Positions 11,191 through 20,432 of a DNA stretch of 64,000 nt are shown piece after piece. Each line of letters opens with the position of its first letter. Position 1 is the stretch's first letter. Source of the DNA: an uncultured virus (IMG/VR IMGVR_UViG_3300032668_000011). Its lineage: Duplodnaviria > Heunggongvirae > Uroviricota > Caudoviricetes. The stretch is from the IMG/VR virus record IMGVR_UViG_3300032668_000011, positions 1-64,000 of that record; one strand, given 5' to 3'. The position numbers and the translations under genes were made by a program. The notes below the pieces were generated by a model. It was not told where the DNA came from. It was given only the letters and a program-made list of their open reading frames with translations, and did not search any database.

Positions 11191-14100
11191 ATGCCTGCCA
11201 CAACCATCTCGACAAGGACAGCGCCTCCTCGAAAGTTCGAGAACTACATCCTGACGCACCTCGTTGATTCGTCAGCAGGCATAACGAACATCACCGACTC
11301 ACAGATGGTTCTGTTGAAAGGACCTGGTGATCCCAGAGAAACTTTTCGTACGATAGGCGACGCATACTGCAATAACGCAATGTCATTCACTTATCCGATT
11401 GGATTTGACTTTGCGCTTGACGGCGTCACATACAAAAGTTTCGTTGCTGACACCAACGGCTGGATGGCGCTTGTTGGCCCGGGAACACCATTCAGTCTTT
11501 CTCAGATTCTTGAGTATACGGGTCCGTCCAGCAACGGATCGACAGGATATGAGGATTGGGACAACTCTTTCATCTTGCCTGTGATGGCATCAAACACCGT
11601 GTTATTGTGTCCATGGTTTTCTGACCTCAGAAACGTGCATGGTAGTTTGTATGATGACACTAGTTCAACGTATAGCCGTCAGAAGGAGAAGCGCGTCGGC
11701 ATGGGACTCGAACCCATGCCAAGTGTTGTGAATGAACTGTCGCCGGGCGTAAAATACTACAATGACAATCACTCACCAGCGGGAGGTAGACGTCTGATTG
11801 TGCGATGGCACAGTCTAAGCAGTTATAACAATGCAGCTAGCGGCATCTTGAAATTTGAGGTCGTACTGTACGAGAATGGAACGATTGAGTTTAGATACGC
11901 ACCTAGAACGCCTCTAGCTGTACCCGTCAATAGCGGCGAACGTGCGACGATCGGCATTTTCATGCCTAATGGTACGCATCGTTTTCGAGATTTTTCGTCA
12001 GGGTTGGGATATGATGATCAACGCCAGCAGTACGTGTATGGTGGATACGTGTACGATGCTAGTTATAACGACGGGCAGAGTAACGCGAACTCCTGGTATG
12101 ATGCTGGTCCATCGTACACACATCCCGTACCATACGCATGGAACCTAAAGCCATACAACAATTGGCCATCCGTTTCAACTGGCGGCGGCACCTTCACATT
12201 CTCTCCACCGATGAACCGTCGAAAGGTGCTTCCTCGCAACCTCATTCGCAAGAATGACGCGATGCTTAAGTTACCGACCGTCGCACGAACAGGTGACAGT
12301 CGACTTGGTACCGGTCTTGTTACGTTCGATGATCGCAGATCTCCTACGTACTCATCATCAAGCATTGTCAACTACCCATCAACGTTGCCAAGGTTCTTCG
12401 GTGGCACCGGCGTAGGAACACTTCAACGTCAAGACTTGTTCACGAATGATTTTGTCGCTCCGGGGGGCACGAACAGCAGCGCAATCGATCAATTCATGAA
12501 TGATGGACCGGTGACGTTGGTTGATGCATTTAACGAAACAAATCGTTATGAACAAGATCAGGCAACGTTGTCTACGAACTTCTTCGCCACGGGGTCTAGC
12601 ACCACATATCTCGCTGATGGTTTCACGCAGAACCTAAAATCAAAGACGCAGATCAAGTTCACATTGAACGTTGACACTAGCGTCACGATGCCCGACATCA
12701 CGTCAAGCATCTACTACTACAACAACACGACGAAAGCGTGGGAAGTACCGCAGAACTCATCATACATCATCGGAAATCTGGCTAGCGGTCCTCCGTCGCC
12801 CAATCCTTACGCAGGAGGTGATTGGACTGATGCTGCAGTCGACGGCATGAACTGGCAGATCGCTGAGGACATGAAGGGATTTGGTCCGATTGGGAACCTC
12901 GTTGCTTCAGGTACGCTTGATCGCTACGGTGCATACGCACAGACCGATCCGCAGATCGGCGCAGTGTACGACCCCAAGGCGTTGCCGTACGCGATCGGAA
13001 AGTCATACGCAAAGAGCATTCGAAACAACAACGACTACGTTGCGAATAATGATGAAACGTTCACGCTTCCGATCACGTCACCATTCCTGATTGAAAAAGC
13101 CGTCTTTGAGATCCCATTCGCGGCCGGACCGGGATGGTTCAACGATATAACACAATGTTTCATTCCAGGCAATAGCGCGTTCTACAGAAGTGAAAATCCT
13201 GCCGCGACGTCGTTCGATTTCGCCGGTCCAGCGTTGACTGTCGCCTTATTCAGGCAAGTTCCGCTTGACGGAACTGCAACCGGACCGGGAATTCGCGACC
13301 TGATCATGACAGGCACGATCACACACACGTACGACAACACGCGCGGAATCATGCTCGCGAGCTTCGCGCCAGCAGATTCGACAACGCAGGTATGGCCTGT
13401 TGGATTCCTATCCTATGCCGGGCCCCCAGGCGCAGTTGTCACTCCCAATTCAACAGGACATTTCACCGGATCAGTCACAATTGAATCAACGGCGCTCAGT
13501 TCCGCGGGCGTGATTGTCAAGTTTATCACAAATTTCATGGCATCGCCCGAAGGCGCAGCTGCGACGGATCTCTCGAACTTCTTGACAAGCACGCCTACAC
13601 TAACATTGACGACGAACGGCGTGTTGCAGACCGATGGGAATGGCACACAAAATGTCAACATCGCGTACATCTCTCCTCTTGGGCGTGGAGGTACAGGTTT
13701 TCAGCAGGCTGGTCGTTGTATCCTCGGAAATGAATACGTGACATTGCAGGGATTGAGCGATCCTGAAGGGTTGGTCGTTCCGAACCCACTGTACACGCCT
13801 GTCCTCTCCGATCAACAAAAACAGGCGTTAGACCAGGTCGCGTTCGGTGACCTCGACAACATTGCGAAAGCAAACGTTTCAGCAGCAATCCCATTGATCA
13901 GTCACTTTCCATCACCTTACCTCGTGATGCCGGGTGACAAGTTGGTCCTCAGCATCTCAAAGATGCGACCGGTGTTGTATCAACCTCATGATTCATCAGA
14001 CAACCCGACATACAACACGGCTTTCTCGAGCTCGACCCAACGCCCGAACGCAGGACACGACGTCAGCCTCGTTCCAGGACAAATTAACATCACACTGTAC

Positions 14101-15558
14101 GGTAGTCAGGTACAGGAAGGTGTCGAATTTCATGACACATTGAACCAGCCTCTTGCGTCTGATGTGGTGCATGAGATCATCGGTGCAGAACCGGTGCTTG
14201 ATCAGTTCGAGATCATGTACAGGAACGAGCTCAGTGGTAGCTTCACAGACAATGCCGTCTTTGGATCGATGTCAGAAGAAGGTCGTTTCAGATTGCTCAG
14301 CTGGCTCAATGCCAACAATGTTCCTGCAGGCAGCGCGATCACGGACTGGCCTCATGTTGGAACATTTCATATTCTGAGTCCGGAACTGCTTGGGATCAGC
14401 AATTCAAAGGCCTATTGGTTGCAACAGTGGTGGGAGCGCGCTGGGGACGTTAGACTGTCGTCATTCGTAAACTCAAGCGAGAGATTCTATGATTCGATGA
14501 TGCCATCAATCGACACATGTCTGATCGCTGACGGTAATGGCATCGTTCTCGGGAATAACATCGGGAATTCTCAACAACTTACGACTAAAAATGTCGGATC
14601 AGTCAACCTAGCATTGACTAACACAACAAGCCCTAGCGGCACACCCAATGCGATACCGAACTGGTCAATGGCATTTCCATTCGAACCACGGTATGCAAAT
14701 GCTGCACGTCAGCTTGACATCTCAAAAGGTTACATCGCAACGCAGGTCTACAACGCAGACGGAACAGTGTCAAACATTTCACCGACAGAGGTGAACGGAT
14801 TGATCGTCGGGACGTATGAACAACATGAAATCTATCTGTTAGGAACAGTTGGATCTCTTCCCGTGTCAACGACAGTGTGGTCGAAATTGGGGATGGGCGT
14901 AGGCGCTAGTTGGTTTGTTGACGTAAATCTTGCGCAGGGAATTAATTCATACGGATTGTATGTCACAGGATCAACGTCAACTGATGATACGTCACGAATA
15001 CTCTACGGATACGGTGATAGAAACACTGTGTTTGCAGATCCGTACGCAGAGTCTACGTTGACAGGAGTGAAGAACTGGCCTGATCAACGCGATGTTGCGT
15101 TCCGGGATTCAATTTATGTGCACGGAGGCGCCGGTCCCGAGCCAACCAACAATCTATGGTTCTACTCTCCTGTAATTCGAGGGTGGAAGTACGGCGTCTA
15201 TAGTGGAATCCCTACGTTCAGCAAGTGCTACTGGCGTCGTGGAAAGTTCGGACAATTCAGGGACATGCTCGAGCAACGTCTAGACACGAAGTACTATGAA
15301 TCTCCAGAGAATGCTCCTGATGATCCTGACTTCGTGCAAGGCGTGAAGGACGCGTGCGTGAATGTCAAGTTCATCAGTCCAGACGGTCGCTTGACGAATC
15401 CGTCGAACACATGGTCGAACAATCAACACTTTGAGTGCACGTCATCGTTGCCGTTTTTCGATGGTGTCATCACGAGTCGTACGCCCATCAACGTTCAGAC
15501 GCTCAACAAACGCATCATCTCGTTCAACAAGGACATATTCGGTAACGTCGCACTGTGA
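11191..15558 (+). CDS. Large virion structural protein (N-terminal NIDO-like segment)
   Basis: 1455 aa; PIGFDF..TNGW..PWFSDL..FEVVLYENGTIEFRY resembles nidogen-like beta domains. Confidence 0.6.
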   Translation: MPATTISTRTAPPRKFENYILTHLVDSSAGITNITDSQMVLLKGPGDPRETFRTIGDAYCNNAMSFTYPIGFDFALDGVTYKSFVADTNGWMALVGPGTPFSLSQILEYTGPSSNGSTGYEDWDNSFILPVMASNTVLLCPWFSDLRNVHGSLYDDTSSTYSRQKEKRVGMGLEPMPSVVNELSPGVKYYNDNHSPAGGRRLIVRWHSLSSYNNAASGILKFEVVLYENGTIEFRYAPRTPLAVPVNSGERATIGIFMPNGTHRFRDFSSGLGYDDQRQQYVYGGYVYDASYNDGQSNANSWYDAGPSYTHPVPYAWNLKPYNNWPSVSTGGGTFTFSPPMNRRKVLPRNLIRKNDAMLKLPTVARTGDSRLGTGLVTFDDRRSPTYSSSSIVNYPSTLPRFFGGTGVGTLQRQDLFTNDFVAPGGTNSSAIDQFMNDGPVTLVDAFNETNRYEQDQATLSTNFFATGSSTTYLADGFTQNLKSKTQIKFTLNVDTSVTMPDITSSIYYYNNTTKAWEVPQNSSYIIGNLASGPPSPNPYAGGDWTDAAVDGMNWQIAEDMKGFGPIGNLVASGTLDRYGAYAQTDPQIGAVYDPKALPYAIGKSYAKSIRNNNDYVANNDETFTLPITSPFLIEKAVFEIPFAAGPGWFNDITQCFIPGNSAFYRSENPAATSFDFAGPALTVALFRQVPLDGTATGPGIRDLIMTGTITHTYDNTRGIMLASFAPADSTTQVWPVGFLSYAGPPGAVVTPNSTGHFTGSVTIESTALSSAGVIVKFITNFMASPEGAAATDLSNFLTSTPTLTLTTNGVLQTDGNGTQNVNIAYISPLGRGGTGFQQAGRCILGNEYVTLQGLSDPEGLVVPNPLYTPVLSDQQKQALDQVAFGDLDNIAKANVSAAIPLISHFPSPYLVMPGDKLVLSISKMRPVLYQPHDSSDNPTYNTAFSSSTQRPNAGHDVSLVPGQINITLYGSQVQEGVEFHDTLNQPLASDVVHEIIGAEPVLDQFEIMYRNELSGSFTDNAVFGSMSEEGRFRLLSWLNANNVPAGSAITDWPHVGTFHILSPELLGISNSKAYWLQQWWERAGDVRLSSFVNSSERFYDSMMPSIDTCLIADGNGIVLGNNIGNSQQLTTKNVGSVNLALTNTTSPSGTPNAIPNWSMAFPFEPRYANAARQLDISKGYIATQVYNADGTVSNISPTEVNGLIVGTYEQHEIYLLGTVGSLPVSTTVWSKLGMGVGASWFVDVNLAQGINSYGLYVTGSTSTDDTSRILYGYGDRNTVFADPYAESTLTGVKNWPDQRDVAFRDSIYVHGGAGPEPTNNLWFYSPVIRGWKYGVYSGIPTFSKCYWRRGKFGQFRDMLEQRLDTKYYESPENAPDDPDFVQGVKDACVNVKFISPDGRLTNPSNTWSNNQHFECTSSLPFFDGVITSRTPINVQTLNKRIISFNKDIFGNVAL

Positions 15559-15623
15559 TCACATCCTAGAGGAGGAGAACGGCTCGATGTCCGTAAGTAC
15601 TGAATAGCGAGCGTTGACGCGAG

Positions 15624-18600
15624 ATGGCACAGAAAACACCGACAGGGACTCTGACAGAAGCGCTCAGCTCGTTCTTTGTCTACGTCAATGACACGAACAC
15701 GGGGAAGATCACGCGTGTTGCGATCCCGGGCGACACGCAGATCGGCATGGTCGGCAACCCTGCTGAACTGATGCTGACTGGCCGCATATCGTTCAACACG
15801 ACGCAGTACTTCACTGACAACGTCAACAAGGGCGTGATCCTCACGTCCAACAACGACACGATCATAGGCATCAACCTTGACGTTGTGCCCGTCAATGGTC
15901 AGATTACCGTGACGTTGCCAGCAAATCCTCGGCAGGGGCAGGTGCACTACGTCATGGATATGACCGGGACGTCACAGACCGTCCCGATCTACGTTTACCC
16001 TGCGTTGCCCGGGCAAACGATCGACAACTCAAACGTCTCGATCCTTGAGTTCAACTACAGTTCTCTCGTACTGTGTTGGTTGAATGGACAATGGAGGACA
16101 CTTGCAACCGGTGCGCATGGAGGTATCAATAACGTTGTTGGCGAAGGCGGAACAACGGCTGAGATAGTCTCAAACATCGTCACAATCTCGAGCTCGATCT
16201 ACGCTAATCCGTCATCATCCTACCTGATGGCTAGTGCGAGCAACGGTGATTCACCCACCTCACGCTATGTTGCGGCTGTGGCACAGTCTGGCATCCAGAT
16301 CACTGACAATGGCCCAGGAAATCAAATCGTCTGGTCGTTGGTATCTCCATTCGAGGCCGGGCAAGCATTAGACGGGCTCCTCGTCGAGCTGCCAGGCGTC
16401 CCTGGTCCAAATTACGGACTTGATGGCGTCTATACGTTCATCTGTCCTAGCGGCTCTGCAGACATCGCAACGATGGGAGGCATGTCAGGCAGCCTGTACG
16501 CTGTCACATTGCAATTCAGGGGTGCTGTGGCGCCGTGCCCATGGGATTCACCCATCAACGGAGAATGGGGCGCAGCTGCAGCTGGTACATGGGATGGTCA
16601 ATTCTGGATGGTCAACGGAACGCCTCAAGGTAATGAGGTTCAGTTCATACTTGACGTCTCTGATCCTCCTGCACGATATTGCCTGAATGCCGAGCCATCC
16701 TGGATCGGGAATCAACCTGAATTTACTACTGCACTCTTTTCGATCAATTACACAAAGACAATTCCGATCCGTGGAGGGGCACACGTGACCCTCACGGCAA
16801 ATGCAACATCGAACGGTGGCGGTTGGGCAGAGCCTGCCAACGATTCTCACTGCTGGCCAAGCGGTCTTGTCAGTTTTGGATCCACGCTTCCTGCTGGCGC
16901 GCCGCCGCAGCCATTCTTGGGCGAATTCGTATATGTCACGTACGTATCGTCCAGCCTCGTCAACGAGGTGTTCGTATCGAACCAGGGTCTTCAATTGCCT
17001 GGTGGAGCGTATCAGTTCATCGAGACTCTTTACGGCGGAGGTATCCTTGCGAGGAGCGGCAGCAACACAAACGTAAATCGATTCGGCAGTCAGGTCGCCG
17101 AGTTGATGATCGACAATACTGTTGTTGCGACGTTATCAGGAAGCACGTTCTCCGGACCGGTCAAGGCACCGACGATCACTGCGACGTCAACTGTCACGTC
17201 ACCCATATTCATAGGGAGCCTGCAACAGGTCTCTCCAGGTGTAGCGTACATCATCGCGACCGGTACGATCACCGTCAGCACCAATAGCCTCGGTCAGATC
17301 ATCATGACCGGTAGCGAGGGCGCATTCAACATCTCAGGCTCCGGTGGAACGCTGGTGACCGAGGTTGGCGGATTCTACAACGTGTCATCGAGCCTTTACG
17401 CTGATGATCATGCATCATACTTGCTAATGTCATCGTCCTTCCGGGCGTTGAATTCAAGGCTGTTAGTTGCCGGTTCTGGCATTCAGTTCATCGACGGCGG
17501 ACCCGGTGGTTCACTGACGATCATTGCGTCCAGTAGTATCAGCGAAAATGCGTTTGGAATATGGACTGACACAGGTGCAGGATTATACGCAACGTCAAGC
17601 GTGTCAGTTGATCAACAGGGTCGAACGGCGTCTCAAATTGGCACTGACGTGTGGTTCTTCGTTTCTGGCACGCAGAACGTCCCAGCCGGGCAACCCAACA
17701 GGAAGGTTGCTGTATTTGGTGGCGATCTATTCGTTTCAGGCGCTTTCACGACAACGGGATCGATGCATGTGTTCGGTGCAGAACATATCTCAGGCGATCT
17801 CGCAACTTCAGGTTCTCTAACTGCGCTAGGTGGGTTGACAGGATCGCTTACACACCTCACAAATGGCCAGATTTACATGGTGGGTCTTGGCACCATCGTG
17901 ATCTCCACGAACAGCTTGGGTCAGGTGATCCTATCTGGCACGGCGGGTGCGTCATCACTGTTCACGAGTCTGTCGGGTATCGGCGGTTCAACAGCGTCTA
18001 ACGATGCGTTTGGCAACTATACTGTGTCAAGTTCAATAGGCGCAGACAAGTACGGCAATTACATCGTCGCAGCATTCAATGGTGAGAATCCGAATGAAAG
18101 GAAGCTCACGGCCGGAGACGGCATAGTGTTCGCTGACAATGGCCCGGGGAATAACTGGATCTTTGCACTCAACGTTGTCGGTGCCGGTTCAATCAATGTG
18201 TTCACTGCGTCCGGTGGCACTGTCGTTGTCAGCGGTTCGAACTCAAACGTCACAGCTGTGTACGGTTCTGGCGGTTCAACAGTAACGCCATCAGGTACGG
18301 CTTTCACTGTGTCTAGTTCGGTTGGTGCAAACAAGTACGCACAGTATGTCGTTGTCAACGCTGACGGTGAGAACCCAAATGAGAGGAAGATCACTGCAGG
18401 ATCGGGCATCTCGATCGCGGATGCAGGTGGTAACCTCACGATCACAAATACCGGCGTGATATCTGGCACGACATACGCTGATGCATACGCTACGTACCTG
18501 CAGGTTTCGCCTGATCTGAATAACGTCGAATCACGTTACGTTGTAGGTCAAGGCGGAATATCCGTGATCGATGGTGGTCCATTCAGCTACTTTGCGATCT

Positions 18601-20423
18601 CAAGTTCTATCGGATCGTATGCATCTGCGTCGTACGTCGTCGTCGGAGCTGACACGAGAAATCCCAATGAACGTGTGTTGACAGCAGGCGCCGGCATCAC
18701 GTTTGTTGATAGCGGTCCCGGTGGAACGATCACCGTCAATGGAACTATCGGATCGAGTTCAATCTACGCAAACGTCAGCGCGTCATTCGTCGTCATGCAA
18801 CCTGACGGTGAGAATCCGAACGAGCGTGGGTTGCTAGCGACAGGAGGAAGCACGCTCATCGATACCGGTCCTGGTGGTACTGTCACCATCTCGAGCTCGA
18901 TCGGCGCATACCCATCATCATCGTACATCGTGCTCGGAATTGACGGGCGTAATCCCAACGAACGACGCCTCGTGCAAGGCAATGGAATCACGTACGTTGA
19001 TCACGGTCCTGGTGGTGACCTGACGCTTAGCGTGTCAAGTTCGATCTACGCAAACGTATCCTCATCATACCTCGTTCTTGCAGTTGACACGCAGAATCCG
19101 AACGAGCGACGTTTGGTGACGCACGGATCACTACAATCTTTCGACGGCGGCGCTGGATCAGCGTACATCATGCTCGTCACCGGAACACTCAATGATAACG
19201 GTACGTTACTCAGCACGACAAGTTCATTGCAGGCGCCCATCATCACTGCAACGTCAGGATTCACGGGAAGCCTCACGCAGCTCGTTGGAGGCAATCCATT
19301 CATCGTAGGAACAGGCAACACCACCGTTTCTACAGGGTCACTTGGACAGATCATCATCTCTTCCACGGGAGGCGGAGGAACTTCGCTCGCAGTCTATCAA
19401 GCTTCACACGGGTTCACGACCGGTCAGGCAGTGTACTACACGGGCTCGTCGTGGGCGCTAGCTGAAGCAAACAACGCAAACACGTTGGGTATCGGTGTCG
19501 TTCAGTACGTTGACGCGAACAACTTCATCCTGTATCAGGTCGGTGAGGTGACAGGATTGTCAGGTCTTTCGTCCGGACAGTACTATTTTGTCAGCGATGC
19601 AACGCCCGGGTTGTTGACTACGACTGCTCCTACGGCGACGACAAGCTTCTCAAATCCGTTGTTCTTTGCGATTTCGACGACTGCTGGCCTTGTGCTACCG
19701 TTCAGGCCATCTGCAATCACAAGTGGATCGTCAGGTGGTGCCGATGCATATGCATCATACATCCTTGCGTCCAGCGACCCATCGCTCACGAACTCTCGAT
19801 TGCTCACTGCGGGCTCGAACATCACGATCAATGATGGAGGGCCGCTCGGCAGCCTGATCATCAGCAGTTCATTGGGAATTAATGTTGAATTGACCGGTTC
19901 ATCGCTCATCAACAACCCTCATTCAATAATGAACTTCACCGGGAGCGGCGTGGCTGTGTCAGACGTCGCGGGCGTTGCAACAGTATTCGTTCCGTACTTT
20001 CAACAGGAGATTGTGTTCATTGCGGGTGATCAGACGACAGAGAGCAATTCAGCGTTCTTCGTCGCAGGGGCGAGGTCGATCGACACCACACAGTTCCCAG
20101 CCACGATGGGATCTCTCAATCGTTACATGAAGTTCATCGCAACGCTTCAGAACACAGCTGGTGCGACAAAGACGAAGGTTCAGCTATACGATGTAAGAAA
20201 CCTAGCTGTGATCACAAGTAGCTCCATGGACAATTCAGGAGCTCCATCGCAGGTTCTACCGTATGATGTGATTAGTCCTGTCATACCTCTTGGAACGGCG
20301 ACAGGAAGCATTCAGACGAGTTCACCAGGAATGTATGAGGTTCAGGTTGAGATGGTTGGAGGTTCGACGACTACTGATGCATCAACGTGCTCGAACGCAC
20401 GGTTGATCGTGTACTACGCTTGA
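15624..20423 (+). CDS. Long tail fibre protein with NPNER repeats
   Basis: 1599 aa, G/S/T-rich, repeated ENPNERxLxAGxGIxxxDxGPG units. Confidence 0.75.
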   Translation: MAQKTPTGTLTEALSSFFVYVNDTNTGKITRVAIPGDTQIGMVGNPAELMLTGRISFNTTQYFTDNVNKGVILTSNNDTIIGINLDVVPVNGQITVTLPANPRQGQVHYVMDMTGTSQTVPIYVYPALPGQTIDNSNVSILEFNYSSLVLCWLNGQWRTLATGAHGGINNVVGEGGTTAEIVSNIVTISSSIYANPSSSYLMASASNGDSPTSRYVAAVAQSGIQITDNGPGNQIVWSLVSPFEAGQALDGLLVELPGVPGPNYGLDGVYTFICPSGSADIATMGGMSGSLYAVTLQFRGAVAPCPWDSPINGEWGAAAAGTWDGQFWMVNGTPQGNEVQFILDVSDPPARYCLNAEPSWIGNQPEFTTALFSINYTKTIPIRGGAHVTLTANATSNGGGWAEPANDSHCWPSGLVSFGSTLPAGAPPQPFLGEFVYVTYVSSSLVNEVFVSNQGLQLPGGAYQFIETLYGGGILARSGSNTNVNRFGSQVAELMIDNTVVATLSGSTFSGPVKAPTITATSTVTSPIFIGSLQQVSPGVAYIIATGTITVSTNSLGQIIMTGSEGAFNISGSGGTLVTEVGGFYNVSSSLYADDHASYLLMSSSFRALNSRLLVAGSGIQFIDGGPGGSLTIIASSSISENAFGIWTDTGAGLYATSSVSVDQQGRTASQIGTDVWFFVSGTQNVPAGQPNRKVAVFGGDLFVSGAFTTTGSMHVFGAEHISGDLATSGSLTALGGLTGSLTHLTNGQIYMVGLGTIVISTNSLGQVILSGTAGASSLFTSLSGIGGSTASNDAFGNYTVSSSIGADKYGNYIVAAFNGENPNERKLTAGDGIVFADNGPGNNWIFALNVVGAGSINVFTASGGTVVVSGSNSNVTAVYGSGGSTVTPSGTAFTVSSSVGANKYAQYVVVNADGENPNERKITAGSGISIADAGGNLTITNTGVISGTTYADAYATYLQVSPDLNNVESRYVVGQGGISVIDGGPFSYFAISSSIGSYASASYVVVGADTRNPNERVLTAGAGITFVDSGPGGTITVNGTIGSSSIYANVSASFVVMQPDGENPNERGLLATGGSTLIDTGPGGTVTISSSIGAYPSSSYIVLGIDGRNPNERRLVQGNGITYVDHGPGGDLTLSVSSSIYANVSSSYLVLAVDTQNPNERRLVTHGSLQSFDGGAGSAYIMLVTGTLNDNGTLLSTTSSLQAPIITATSGFTGSLTQLVGGNPFIVGTGNTTVSTGSLGQIIISSTGGGGTSLAVYQASHGFTTGQAVYYTGSSWALAEANNANTLGIGVVQYVDANNFILYQVGEVTGLSGLSSGQYYFVSDATPGLLTTTAPTATTSFSNPLFFAISTTAGLVLPFRPSAITSGSSGGADAYASYILASSDPSLTNSRLLTAGSNITINDGGPLGSLIISSSLGINVELTGSSLINNPHSIMNFTGSGVAVSDVAGVATVFVPYFQQEIVFIAGDQTTESNSAFFVAGARSIDTTQFPATMGSLNRYMKFIATLQNTAGATKTKVQLYDVRNLAVITSSSMDNSGAPSQVLPYDVISPVIPLGTATGSIQTSSPGMYEVQVEMVGGSTTTDASTCSNARLIVYYA

Positions 20424-20432
20424 GGATGACGA